Assembly: GCA_001938485.1 (NCBI GenBank)
Contig: MQRK01249566.1
Location: 12,943-76,942 of the forward strand
Direction of reading: 5' to 3'
DNA length: 64,000 nucleotides
From: Girardia tigrina
Taxonomy: Eukaryota
Under the pieces are notes generated by a model. The model was not told where the DNA came from. It did no database searches and worked only from the letters and a program-made list of their open reading frames with translations. The position numbers and the translations under genes are program-made. Below, piece by piece: positions 36,605 through 50,815 of the stretch (position 1 is its first letter; each line of letters begins with the position of its first letter).

Positions 36605-39099
36605 AAATTAACTATAAATTTTTTAACACTTTTTTACATAATATAAATTTGTTTATTATTTTGATTCCTTTCTTTGTATTATTAATCAGTGTTTCTTCAT
36701 ATTTTTTGATTTAGAAACAAAACGTGAACAGAAAAAAGTGCACATAGAAAAATTGGCACGTGAAAAATTACGCACATGGAAACGAATTTTTATATTAATA
36801 ATTCAATTTAAACGAAAACAAATGCAGCCAAAATAAGTATATTTTCATAAAGTCTAAAATTTATTGAGAACCAACAGAAATGATTGATGAACAGAAATAT
36901 AAACTACTGTATATCAGCTATTGTCCTTAAATAAGATAATTAATTTTATTAACTACTCACAAAATTAAACTCCTAATATTTTTCAAACTTATCTTCTTTT
37001 AATCACCATTTTAAAATCTTCGTTAATGTTTTACTTTCGTTATTTAGCCATGCGTTTAAAATTTAAACTTTGGACACTTACTCATTTTCGATGGCGAGAA
37101 ATGATTATGTAAAAATTTGACCGAAAAAAACTTTTTAAAATCCCAAAATGGGAAAATTCGGAGATCCCGAACAGTTTTAATTGCAAGAGATCTACTTATA
37201 AATTAGAAGTAGTTTATATTAATTTTTATTGTTTTTTGAATCAAAATATTTTACATGTTAAATTTTTAAATTTTAAAAACTTTGTTTGAAAAGTAGAGTT
37301 TTGTCTAAATAAAGAATGGATATAAAAAATTTAATTTTTTGATTTACTAGTTTAAATTATTTAGAAAGTATTTCCCCTTGAAAAATTGTTTCCAATAAAA
37401 ATTTTAATAACTTTTTAAAAAATTAACTTCAATTAATTATTTAGAAAATATGATTTACTTATAAAATTTTTTTTCAATAAAATTATGATTTTAAATATTT
37501 AGATATTTTTCATTTTCAAATATTCAAAAAATTATCAATTCTCGAAATCTTAACAAATCATATTTTATTTTTCGTTTCCCTCTTAGAAGTACATTTTTTC
37601 ATGTGCGCTTTCATACCTATGGGGTATTTTTTGAGTGCGCTTTTTTCATTACTCTTTTTTTCGCAAACTCAAACTAAATTAATAATCCATACAGATTAAA
37701 AAATATAAAAATCAGAACAATTACAAATAAAACATCATTGAATAATTAATATTATCAAGTTCATTTGAACCCACTCCGAATAATAATTAATATTATTATA
37801 TTATTATCGAAACGGTCAACCCGGTCAAATGTGTCCAGAAACGGAAACAGATAGACAAAAAAAAGAAAGAAAGGTTCAATTACCATCGCAAACGACTCCT
37901 GTTCTCGAACATTTATAGTTATATTATTTAAAGTGCCAAAGACATTTTTTCGCATAAATTAAAGAATGAACCTTTACAACAACGATTCTCTTAACATTGA
38001 AGATAATTCCAAATAATTTTCCGATATAGATTGGTGTGGAAAATGATAAAATATTGAAAATAAAACTTGTTTTTGGAAGAAGATTCTTGAATGGATTTAG
38101 ACATTTGTTATCTTTAAAATAATCCTTATTTTTTATACAGCAAAAAATATTTTAAGAGCTTGATTATTTATCAGTAATCCATTATTGATTCTTTAATTAC
38201 TTTATCACACCTTTACATCGAACGTCTATATAGTATGATGGGGATTTCCACTTTTAATAAGACAACACATTTTTACCATTTTTTCTTCTCTTTAGAAGAT
38301 CAAACATCGTAATGTTTTACATACAAGTCATTTACACACCACATTGACTATTATGAAATTTGTTAATATTAAAATACTTTAATATGATTAGATAAATCAC
38401 TTTCGACATACAAGCTTGGTTTTAAATATAATATTTTTAATATAAAAAAGGTTTTAGAAAATTAAGTAAATATTATTTAATAAAAATTTATTAATTTATT
38501 CTAATTTTTGGAATTAATTTTGCAATAATATTAAATGTTTAAAAACATATTCTAATAAATCTTATTTATAAAGGCAAATGTATGTTTATCTATTCACTCT
38601 GCAGTTGTAGACGGTACCACAAAATGCAACCAAGTTATCCACATACACTCAAGCAAAGGTTTATGCCAACTTTTTTACTGAGAAAATATTATGCTTTTCT
38701 TTGATACAGACTGCTTACATACCTGAGCAATAGGATTGCAGTAATTCAAAATATGTAGGTAGCGAATAGAATCAAAGACTGTGTGAGCTCTCATATACTA
38801 TCAATAGCACGTTCTACTTTGAGATAGTTTGCTGAGATATCACATACATACTATCAGATTTTCGAAATGTACGGCGGGTACCTCTGCTGGTATTAAATGT
38901 TTTTTATTTCTATTTTCCAAATAAAATCAGATTTTGCAAATTATTTCTTGTAAATACAATTTAATAATTTTGGTTGAGGAAATATTAATTACCAATTAGA
39001 ATCAAAGTAGATCAAAATACCCTTCAATAACACTACCAGACAAATTTGAACTTTTTGTTATCTTAATGTTTTTTATTTACTTTGAAAAAGTGCAAAAGT

Positions 39100-39560
39100 C
39101 CGAGGTCGAAAACCAGTAACGCAGTACTTATGACGAAGTAATTTATATTTTAAGGAGTGCAAATTATCCAACAAAAGTCAACCGTCATTCTCGGATCTGC
39201 TCTTCATTGATATCACTGTTTCAGTGTTGAGAGGGTCTGGTGAAATCGGTCACCATGTTCATCTGTGACCTGTTCCACCTCGGATGGGAAAAAATCTATG
39301 TGACTTTTTAGAAAGTGAATTTTTGGAGACATACTCACCCTCATCAATTCAAATGCATCCAGCATTTCTGAAACTATCTCGCTAATCAGGAGACCAATGT
39401 TTGCCTGAGAAAAAATAAAAATAAATAGCAAATACCATATAATCCTGCGTTTATTTGAAGTTGGATATTCAAAACGATAACTGGAAAAAACGCGTATCGA
39501 CAAAGGCAGGAAATGAGATGCCAATTCGAAGAAGACTGCAAATGATATCTGATATTACTT
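39100..39560 (-). pseudogene. Chapaev3-like (CMC superfamily) transposase C-terminal relic
   Basis: MSPKIHFLKSHIDFFP....VTDEHGDRFHQ resembles the HxxxSH...SDEHGERFHQ motif. Confidence 0.65.
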
Positions 39561-39786
39561 TCTGAAATTCTTGAAGTGTTCTAAAGTTATAAATAACGGT
39601 TAACCCAGTACCATTTTTTTCCTTCTTCAGATATTTTCTTTAGTTCCTCTACTTTATCCTTCTAAAGTTTAAATTGGGGTTCTAGATTTAAATATTTTCA
39701 ATGTAAATATATCTTTTAATTAGGATTATTAAGAACATTAATTGGATTTTCAATACATTTATTGATATCACAACTTGAATTGCCAC

Positions 39787-40355
39787 GGCTCCACGTCAAT
39801 TGAAGATAGTAAATTGGTCGGGAAACAATTCGTCAGCGATTTTTAATCGGTTCGAAAAATAATTTAAAAAAAAACGTTTTCATTTTACAAATAGAATTTT
39901 TATTTAAAAAATAAATTTGAAAATAAATTTATTTAAAGTATAGTAAATAAATAAATAACCATTTAAAATTTTTATTTAAAATATTAAAATAAATTTATTG
40001 TTCTCCGTTGATCTTTCAAAAGCTGAAATTGTACTCATGATCAAAATGAAGACCGAGATTTAGAGCTGCTTTTGAAAATTAAATTAATAATGTTATTAAA
40101 GTTTTGGGTTGAAATGTCAGTATTTTATAAATAAATATAGATAACTTGTTATTTTATCGGAATTCTATTTGTAAATTCTATATTTTAAATAAATTTATTT
40201 TCAAATCTATTTTTTTAAATAAAAATATTTTTGATTTTGTTTTTTAAATAAAAAAAATTAAAAAATTCTATTTTGCCCCTACCGAAAATCCCCGACCAAT
40301 TGTCGCCTACGTATTGTGTGCCGAACAATTTACCCCGACCAATTGACGTGTTCCC
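39787..40355. mobile_element. MITE-like insert with imperfect TIRs
   Basis: cacgtcaattg at the left end and caattgacgtg at the right end, with subterminal aattggtcggg/cccgaccaatt repeats around an AT-rich core. Confidence 0.5.
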
Positions 40356-41499
40356 AATTTTTTTTCTACAATTATCCACAAAAATTTTGTAACTAGTTAT
40401 CGTTCTTGATTGATAATTTTTTAAATTCTATTTCTAAACGTCTTATTATTCAAAAAATTTTAATTTTAATTTAATTTCCAAAATCGATTACATAATAAAT
40501 TACTATTTAAATTAAAAAATAATTTTAATTATTTAAAGACATTTTTTAAATATATTATTTATGATATATTAATTTAACTTTAAAGTTATTATTTATATTT
40601 TTTGATTAAATAATCCGACATCTTAAAACATTCAAAATATCGATCTTCCATCTGCGTGGGGAAACAATCCTTAAACAACATAAAATAAACACCATTCAAA
40701 AATATTCCTCACAAGACAAAAATCCATTTCTATATTTTAAATAATTATTATTCTTAACAGTTCTAAATCTCATTTTTAGTTGTTATTTCTTGTTTCTTTA
40801 TTACTTCTCTTTTATTTCTTTTTCAATTTTTTTAAAACTAAAGACAAAAATAAATTTTTTTCAAGTGGAATTTTTTGTTGAAGAAAAATTTGATAAATTT
40901 TGAACTGTTGTTGAACAAACAATTTGTGCCGAACGAAACTGAATCAAATTAATGAGTTTTTTTTCCTAAAAAATATTTCCAAAATAATTCAATTGGCAAA
41001 TCAAATGATAAAACATACAAAAACGTTTGTCGAAAATCGTGATTAAATTCGATAATTCCACTCTTCACGTTTTGATATTTTAAGTGAAAGGTAATTACTT
41101 CCCCGACTCCCGTTGGCGGACTGAGAGCGAAGCTGCGTTCCCCCCCGACATCATTAACTGAATGTTATGTTAAAATACTTTAATTTTGATTTGGAATTCT
41201 CAAATTAAGTATAATTTATTGGGAAATTATTTCAAAGATGCGGCTGACTGCCAGATTCCTACAATTTGCGTTTGGAAGGAACTATTTATTGAACATATAA
41301 TTGTTCTTTTCTGACAACTTGTCAGTAACAAGTTTCCTAATTAGATTCTTGAAGCTGGGATATCTGGGTAACTCGATAAATCGTGCAATTTTACTTTCGA
41401 CTTAAAAATAAAATGAACAAATAAAATTATAATAGGTTATTCAGTATAAAATTTTGAGACATGATTACAATAAATTCAAATAATTATAATTTAACGTTG

Positions 41500-41983
41500 A
41501 CTTAACATTTTGTTACTCAATTTTTTTTAATTACTAAATATCTTGGCTATTGAACACATCAATAAAAATTTATTAAAATTGCTGATAATTTGTTTTAATA
41601 ATCAATATTTTAAACAATTGAATAAGCAGAAATTCTAACTATTATGAAGTGCGAGTTCCTATAAGGGACTTTCGATTCAAGTTTCGAATGCAAATGTTGA
41701 AAGGATTTTTAGTGTGATGGGAAATCTATGGACCAACGAACGTAATCGAATGTCGTTGAATTTACTTAAAAGTGAACTTTGTATCTTCTTTAATATTCCT
41801 TATACATGCCAAAATATAAGAGAAATATTTTCTAAAAATAAAAAACTGCTAAAAGCTACATCGCAGAATGAAAAATATAAAAAGAACCAAAACTAATAAA
41901 TAAAAATATATGGAAAATAAAATTTTGTTGTTTTATTTTTAAATTTTGTCCGGTATTCTTCGAAGTTTCAACTGGCAACCGTA
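41500..41983 (+). pseudogene. hAT transposase C-terminal dimerisation-domain relic with 3' TIR
   Basis: SNANVERIFSVMGNLWTNERNRMSL; the element end CTGGCAACCGTA (41972-41983) resembles hAT TAGGGTTGCCAG-type TIRs. Confidence 0.75.
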
Positions 41984-42880
41984 TTAATACACCATTATTT
42001 TTTGATAATAAAAATTCTTGTCGTAATTTTTTATAACTATCAATTTGCGAGAAACTACGAAGAGTAGAAGATTTTAAACGATATATTTTTGAAATATTTT
42101 GATTGATACTTTCAAATGAATTGTTATTATCTTCGATATCGTCAATAAGTGAATCGCTTGTGAAAGGGAAAAGACGTTTCAATAGTTTGTTGCCATTACA
42201 GTCGAAGTCGTTGTAACATGATCGATTGTATAAAGAATTCATCAGATCAATTAGCTGTTGATTTATTCTTGAATTGATATAATGATTAATGTTGGATAAT
42301 AAAATCAAACTGATTTCTGAATCTTGAGCTGATAATTTTTCAAGCATAAAATTTATAGCAAAACTTGCCACTCTGAGATTAGTTTTTTTATCACTAATTG
42401 CATTAAGAGTAATTTCAACTGGCTTAAGTGACATATGATTTTTTATTTTACAATGTAGTTTAAAAAAACGTTTAATTAAAGTTATTCTTTTAATACAAAA
42501 TTGATATAATTTTAATTGTAAATAAACATTGTGATTTTTTTATTTTACAACCTAATTTAAAAAAAAACATTTAATTATAATTATATTTTTTTAATACAAA
42601 TTTTATACAATTTTAATTTTAAATAAAACATTTTTGATTTTTATTATACAACTGAATTTTTAAAAAAACATTTGATTGTAATTATTTTTTGAATACAAAT
42701 TTTGAGTTACATTAATAAAAATTTAAAAATTAAAAAAAATGCTGTGGAAAATGTTTTAGTAAGAAAGTGTCGAGAAGTATAGGCCCGAAGCCCGTCGGGT
42801 TTCAGGCTCGGGCTTCGGGCTTCAAAAAATATGAAAACCCGTCGGGCTTCGGGCTTGAAGCCCGCCCGTTCCAAACACTA
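41984..42880 (-). mobile_element. Second hAT-like relic: 5' end with GC-rich subterminal repeats plus transposase fragment
   Basis: Terminus TAGTGTTTGG (minus strand, 42880), repeated cgggcttcgggc motifs at 42783-42868 and ORF LKPVEITLNAISDKKTNL. Confidence 0.6.
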
Positions 42881-44169
42881 GTTTTGTATTAACCCATGAA
42901 ACGCAAAGACAACACAAATATAACAAGTAATGAAATCCATGCCCGTTGCCCATACGGGCAGCTCCGTAGCATATAATAGTAATAAAATAGTTGCATTAAT
43001 ATTATACAAACTATAATATAATAATAATCAAAATAATTCAAAAACAGTAACAACTTGTTTCTTTTTCTTAATACAAAAGTCTTTAAGAAAGCAAAAGATT
43101 AATGTCACGCCGATTTTATGACCTACTCTAAAACATCAAAGACGGACTTTCCTTAATTCGATAGTGATATAGAAAATCGCGTCATTGCGTGAGATCTGTC
43201 AATTTTAATTTTGGTTATACATTGAATGATCCGATCGGCTTTTATGATCTTCTCCAACAGATGAAAATGAATAAACTGATAAGTATCAATTATAATTCAA
43301 TCAGAAACTGTTGTCCATTTTCCAAGCGAAACATGCGATATCCTTATTGAAAGTGAAACTTTTTTTTCGGAAACATTTCTCGTAAAAGACATTCCAAATA
43401 AAATTTTATTTTAAAATTGATTCTTAATGAAATCCTCATTTAATAATTCTTCTGAAACAGAAAATTATGTTATAAACAATACAAATTATGTTTCAACATC
43501 TCTAAAGTCTTTCATCCTTTCACCAAGACACCATTTTATGGTTCTATTATACTAAAAGCATTAACATGGCTTTCCAAACATTTAATATTAATGTATTTAA
43601 AATTGCTTTTTCAATATTAATCAACAACCATTTCTGGACTTGATTTATATTTTGATATTTATTAAGAATAACAAAAATAAAAACTTAATTAAAATTAAAT
43701 TTAATTATCAAAAAAATTTAATACTCATGAGGAGCTTTGTCCGCTCCATGAGACATTTCTGTGTACCTGGTTGGAGCTCAGGGTTGCGATCGACGGAGGT
43801 GTCGACGTTCCGAGTGAGCACTGGATAATGACAAAGTAACCCTGCGTCCCCTCTGAATATCTGATTGTGGTAACACTGTGATTTATCACGTTCCTTTCGG
43901 CATGAAATTCCTTCGGAATATGATTTTTCTCATTGCAATACAAACCACTCAACATGAAAATGACAAGACAACAAATATGGAGTTAAATTGTTTATTTCGA
44001 AAAAAAATCAGTTAATTACAAAAGATTATTTAAAAACTGCATTAAATTTACAAATTAATTATTTAGAGTTATTTTTTTATTAATTTTGTGTCTAATAACC
44101 GGAGCATCACACTTTATTTATTTAATTTAAGAAACAAAAAACACCATTTTAAAATATATTTTATAATAA

Positions 44170-44600
44170 TATAGTTGGATGATTTTACCATTATTTGCAG
44201 GTCACTGGTTAGCTTTTTTTCTGCTTATATATATATGTGACAGCGGTGATTATGAAGCCTATTATGTAAAATAAAGTCTTAACAAATTTATTGAGAGTGC
44301 TATTTAAACATTGATTTTAAGATCACGAGATCTTAATAACAAAACTTAACAGGACAGCCTCCAAATAATTTTTTGAATGCTTACACTGAATTTTGAAAGC
44401 ATTTATACTCAAGTTACATTTACAAGTTTTACTACACTCAACAATATTACTCTTAAATTTGTTCTTGGACGTGTTTGCAGAGATGACGACAGTATGTATG
44501 TATGTAACGTTGCACCCATTACATGTATACTAATAAACGTCCGAACAACAAAGTCAAAGGAGTAGGTAATTTATTATAAAACATATTTTCAACTTAAAAT
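44170..44600 (-). pseudogene. Penelope-like GIY-YIG relic
   Basis: VYTCNGCNVTY, SSRHLCKH, LLRSRDLKINV. Confidence 0.75.
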
Positions 44601-47600
44601 TACTGAGATATTATTTTTAAATTTAAAAGATTATTTGTTACTTTACGAATAGAATTTGATGTTTGAATACTTCAAAATAAAGTAAATTTTTATTGAAATT
44701 TAAATATTTAGATTTCTAAATGTATCATACTTCAAAAAATTTAATTTAAATTTATATGAAATTACTGTCCAATAATAAGTATTAAGAACACTAACATGAG
44801 TTTTCGAACATTTATTTTCAATACAATTTGAATTGTCTTTTGGACAACTCTCAGTCAAGTTTTCAGAATTTGACATCGTTCTAAATTGATAAATATTTGT
44901 TTATGTTTTTTAATAAACAATTATTCGAACAAATTTTCATTATTTTTAGATTTTTTTTAATTTTAAAATTTTAGTAATTATTTTATCTACTTTAATTTTA
45001 TTTTAAAAATGATTTTATTTAAAGAAAAAACATTTAATTAATCAATTTGAAAATTAGTTAAAAGTTATTTACTTTATTTAAACTTTTGATGTTAAAATTT
45101 GAATCAATTTTATATCTTAAAAGTTTTTTAAATATCTTATAGTGTAATTTAAAATGAAAATTATACTCGAATAATTATTCATCGTGAACATCCAAAATAC
45201 CAATTTTCCATCTGTGTGGGAGAAACACATTTCCAAATACTAAAATCAACATACAAAATTAAACATACCAATTTCAATATACCAAATTTAAAAATATTCC
45301 TCACATTCACCACTGACAATGCAATCATCATAATAATTAAAAATATAAATATGTCATCTAGATACAGGGGGGATCCCTCTGAAAAGTGGTCTTTATAATA
45401 AGAATGAACATTAATTTCAAAAAAAGAAGTATATTCATGATTAATTCAAGAGAAATTAAAAATAATTTAATAGAAAAAAGGTAATTTTTTATGCCATATT
45501 CTCAAAAGATTCTTCTTAAAGCAGACTGAATTTTTCTATTGCCATATCTAAATTTATGACCAAACATATATGAATAAAATAATTTTATAAAAATTTGTGG
45601 TCCCTGTAGCAATACTGAATTCAGTCTCCAACCAGAGCAATACAAAAGGAAATATACCTTGGCTCTGGTCCGTGGTAACTGAAATCACTATTCCCAATCG
45701 ATTAGACTAAAAGAATATATAATTATTATGGATGGAGGACTAAATTAACCAAACTTAGTATATCTATTTAACGTTTGATGAATTTAGTCCGACTTATTTC
45801 GATGCAAATGATTATAAAAAAATGAGATAACAACAAAAGTGGCAATCGTATATTACAACTAAATAACTTTAATTAATATAACCTTTATGGTAGTAAGAAA
45901 TCAGTCACAGTATAATTACAAATATAGTCTGATAATTAGATGAGATGTTTTGAGCGAATAGGTTTCACAATAGAGTTCGTCGTATTCATAAGTAGATATC
46001 TTGTTCGGAAATTGCTCACAGAATAATAAATTCGTCGGTAAGTATTTTTTTAAAATTTCTGATTAATTGTATATTGATTTCTAATTTTAATGTAAATTCG
46101 AAATTTTTTTTGTGAAAATATAATTATATAATTAGCTTTTTTTCTTTAACCTTCTTTATTTCTTTTGACAATTTACTTTTTACCTTTAATTATTTTTCTT
46201 CGTCATCTCTATCAATAGTCTCGTCTTTTGAAATAGTTTAAATATTTTCTTTTGAAGGTTTTCTTGTCTTTATCATTTCCTCAGTATGCACAAAAATAAA
46301 ATCCTATAAAAAAATAAAAAGCACAGACTGACACAAAACCAGCAATCTACTACATATATATAAAAAATATATCCGTCGTTATTAGTAAATCAACCCATGC
46401 AGAGTGCAACGGCAAAAGTCGTGACACATACAGTCCGTGTCATAATTATCCGTACGGTCATAAAATATTCATAATACATCCTGTATAAATTCTAATTGTG
46501 ATAGGAAATTTAGCAATTAGTTTTGTACTTTACAAACAAACCCATCCAAAAATAAAAATGAGGACTGACGACACGTATGTGAAAACATCAATCTCAGTCC
46601 ATTTTAAACGAATGAAATGTGATGAATTTAGAGGTATTACAGTCCCCCTACGTATTACAAAATTCTATTCGTAATTAAAACAATTTGCATGGTAAATAAA
46701 TATTCTTTTTTCCATTGAGAATTTTTGTCTTATTTGTTTTTTTTAATATTTAATATCTTTCACATTAAAATTTATACATAATAAACTATTTCATATGTTT
46801 GTTAAAAAAATATTTTTTACATTAATTTCGTAGCAATATTAATTATTTGTTAATTGTATAATTACTTTTTTCCACAAATCTATTAAAATAATTACTAACA
46901 ACATCAATATGATTTTTTCGAACATTTATTAACATCACATTCAGAATTGCCATTTCAACAATTACTCAAACCATTTTCGGTATTCTACATTTTTCTTGAT
47001 TAATATATTTCTAAGATTCATCCTAATTTTTAAAATAAATGGAAATATTTGTTAATTATAAAGATTCTAATTGGTTAAAATTAAATCTAAACATTTTTAA
47101 AAAAAAATTTCATACTAAATTAAAACATTAAAATTTTAAATTACATTAAAAATTAAATATTAAATTTGAAAAATATTTTAAATCTTTTTACTTTAAAATT
47201 AAATTAAATTATTTTCAATTAGTATGAATCAAGGAAAATGACAATCCTCCCTCTCGGTATGAGAGACACAATCCGAATCAACATACAACATGCACAATAT
47301 TAACACACAATTCAAAACATTCGTCTCATTCCCCTCTATTTATATGGCTTTCGCCATTTACCTATTCTGATCAAAGTTCTACCATCTTCGAGCTGTATCT
47401 CGTAACTTCTTTCGTGATTTCGTTTCAACACAATTGAAAAATTGTCAAAACTGAATGAAAAATATGTAAACATTTTTTAAATTTTATTTAATTATAAATT
47501 ATTTTCAATTAAAAAAATCTGAAATTATTTCTCAAAGAAAGTTAATTGTTTTTAATTAAAAGTATTTGTCAGTAAATTATTTTTTTATATATATTTTGAC

Positions 47601-48883
47601 AAGCATTTAATTGTTTGGTTGAAAATTTCAAAGAAAAAATATTTAATTAATTAGAAATTGTTTTCAATTATATTTTTAAACAAAAGATTGTTGTAATCGA
47701 AAATTTTATTTGATGAGACTGAGAAACGAGATGTTGAATATTTGTTTGTTTTATTAAATGGACATTTTATTTATTTTTTGATGAATTAATTTTGTGTGGT
47801 TTTCCATTTTTGGTTGAATAATAAATACAAAAAAAACAAATTTAAATTTATGAAGATATTATTTGTATCATTTTTTTCTGAATAACGATAAAAAGAGAAC
47901 AATGTTTCTTTTGTTATATTTGTTATTTTCTTTCACAATACATTTTCTTCAAAATAAATATGTAATACATAATTTAAATGTTTAAAAGAGAAAAAAATAT
48001 TCATTTGTTCAGAAAAAAATATAATATTTTTAAAGTCTTGTTTATTTTGTTTTAATTCTCATGTTCGTACTTATTAAATTTCTACAATTAAAAAGTAGTA
48101 ATTTTAATATTTAAAGGTTTGAGAACATCCAAGTACGACCATAAGTTGGTAGCATTAGTTAACATTCAACTTTGCGATAGAAATATATTTTGTATGTTTT
48201 ATATCGCTTTCTCATGTATATTCATTTTTTATCAATTTAGAGGATTTTTGACTTTCTTTTTAGATTTTCATTCCAAGTTTGATGATTCTGTTTATAAAGA
48301 ACATATTTAATTATTTTACTCTTTAATAACTTTTCATTGGTGAGGGATATGAGGAATATTTTGAATGTTTGATGTTTTGTGTTTGAATGTTGTATGTTGA
48401 TTTGGAAATGTGTTTCTCCTACACAGATGGATGATTAATATTTGAATTATTATTATCTAAAAATATGTAATGTTGAAATTTATTTCTAATTAAAAATAAT
48501 AATACAATTTTAAATAAGTTTATTAATTTTGTTTACAATTTTTAAAAACAATAAATTAAATTAATATTTTTTAAATAATTAATATCGATTTTAATTTTTA
48601 ACCAATAAAATTTGGAATAAATATTTTAACAGTTTATGTAATTCTCCATTTGCTCAGAAAATAAGAATAAAATCATAATTTAATAGACTCATGCAATCGT
48701 TCGAAAGCTTTGACAAAGATTATCCTGAGGACAATCAAACTTGTAAAATCATTAAAAAATAGTAAAAGTCATATTGCAGTTCTTATTAAGGGAGATAAAA
48801 GAAGTTTTATATCTTAACTTTAATAGGTTAAAATAAACATTATTTTATAAAAATCAAGAACGCCATTAAAAAATGAAATTTTA

Positions 48884-49150
48884 TTGCAATATATTTTGGT
48901 GGATTTTCCACCATCTTCAGGCTGAATTAACAACAATTTCGCTGTCTTATATATAGAAAATTGATGATTATGCAAACATCTTGCGTAATAACTAATTAAA
49001 TATTTTCAACAAAGTGGAAGAGAGACTTGTTTGGACATTAATGGACGGATTAAGTGATTTAATCAATAATGCTTCACAAGTAACTCTTTCCCAATAATTT
49101 TTAAAATTACTGCACAATATTTTAAAATTAATTGTTTTCACCTCCGATTT
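48884..49150 (-). pseudogene. Penelope-like 3' end with a degenerate minimal hammerhead motif (48886-48922)
   Basis: NYWERVTCEALLIKSLNPSINVQ followed by CTGAAGA-T-GGTGGA/AAA/TCCACC-AAAA-TATA-TT. Confidence 0.75.
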
Positions 49151-49314
49151 AGAACTTTTTAAAAGTGGCTTTTGAGAAACCATCTTTATTAATTCAGGAC
49201 TACATGAATTTATACAATTAGGAGAAAGAAGGTAATCCAGTTGCACTGTTTTTTCAGAAGATCGATACAATGGTGGACAAACTGTTGTCTCACAAATGGA
49301 ATAAAGATTAATTA

Positions 49315-49719
49315 ATGTTCTATTTCATGGTCCATTTGGTGAAAAATGTTAGAACAAAGGATAAATTAAAATTGCGCGTCGCTACAAAAATTGACGACAT
49401 TAAAAGTACTGTCAAGAAAATTGAATGTTCTAGAAGACAATCAAAAAGAAACCTTTGCTCAGATGGTGAAAAAGAAAAGAAACTTTCAGAATATACCGCA
49501 AATAACCTTTCCAGAAACATTTCAAATCAGAAAAAAATATTATGCCAATTCAAAGATGTGGAATCAAAAAGAAGAAATCAAATGCTTCAACTGCAAAAAG
49601 GACATTCCTACATAAACTGTGACCAAATTCGGAATATCCAATGCTATGCGTGCAAAGAAGGCCATTTAGAAGAAACTGTCCAAACATATGCGGTTGATCA
49701 TGAAAGTTTAGTTTACTAA
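49315..49719 (+). pseudogene. gag-like relic with two degenerate CCHC zinc knuckles
   Basis: IKCFNCKK(GH) and IQCYACKEGH in adjacent frames. Confidence 0.6.
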
Positions 49720-50520
49720 ATATATTTTAGTGCAGAACCTTTGTCTTCTTACACATACTATTTAGCAAAAATAAATCTAGTTTAAATAAACATAAGTTTA
49801 TCAGAAATATTGTTTAGAAATAATCTTTAAATAAAAAATGATTTAATAATAATTTTGTTTCAAAATATTAAAAGTTAACCATTTGCATTAATTTATTGAA
49901 TAAATTGTTTGAAGATAATTTACAAATAAATGAATTAATATTTGATAAATAATAAAAAATTCAATAAATAAATTTACATATTTTTCATTTATGAAATTAA
50001 TAAATAACTTTTAATTTAATTTAAAAATTTCTACATACTTTTAAATTAAGATTTTCCTAAAAAAATGATCCGAAGAGGAAAACTGTTAATTTATTTATGA
50101 AAAATAAAAGAAATTTTATTTTTTTATCAAATAATCAATATGAAAAGAAGCAAGTTTTATTTTTTGAAGCAAAGTAAATGAAATATTTATTAAAATTTAA
50201 TGCAATTTTCTAGTGTGAACCGTTGTTTCAGTGACAATTAATAACCTTTAATATTCCAAAAAAATATTTTAATGAATTTTATTCAAAAATGCTATTAAAA
50301 ATGATTGCAATAATTTTTGATAAAAATTCTTTTTCTTTTAATTATTTGACGGAATTTAATTAGAGTTTCTTACTGTAATTGTTTTATTTTTATTAATTTG
50401 ATTAACAAATTCGCATTTACAACAATTAAAATAAAAATTAGTAGTGTTAATTTTCATAATGTTCATAAAAAACGTCATTCGGGTCTGAAAAATTTAGTAA
50501 TTTAAAATTGTCCTTTTTTT

Positions 50521-50710
50521 CGCAATATTTTTCGGCTGATTTTCCACCATCTTCAGACAAAATTTTCATTAATTGTACAACTTTATGTATAAATGGCGAT
50601 TATGCAACCAACTTACGTAATGTCCAATTAAATACTCTCAACAAAGTGGAAGAGAGACTTGTTTGAACATTAATCGATTGATTCAACAATTTTTTCAACA
50701 ATGCCTCCAA
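50521..50710 (-). pseudogene. Penelope-like 3' end with a minimal hammerhead-like motif (50522-50558)
   Basis: Homologous to the 48.9 kb copy; CTGAAGA-tggtggaaaatcagcc-GAAA-AATA-TT. Confidence 0.65.
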
Positions 50711-50815
50711 AGAATTTTGCTTTTATTTGATCTATTTTTTACATACATGGAAGAAAACTAAATTAATTATAATTAAAAAATTAATTTTTAATTATTAAAA
50801 ATAGTACACTAAATA

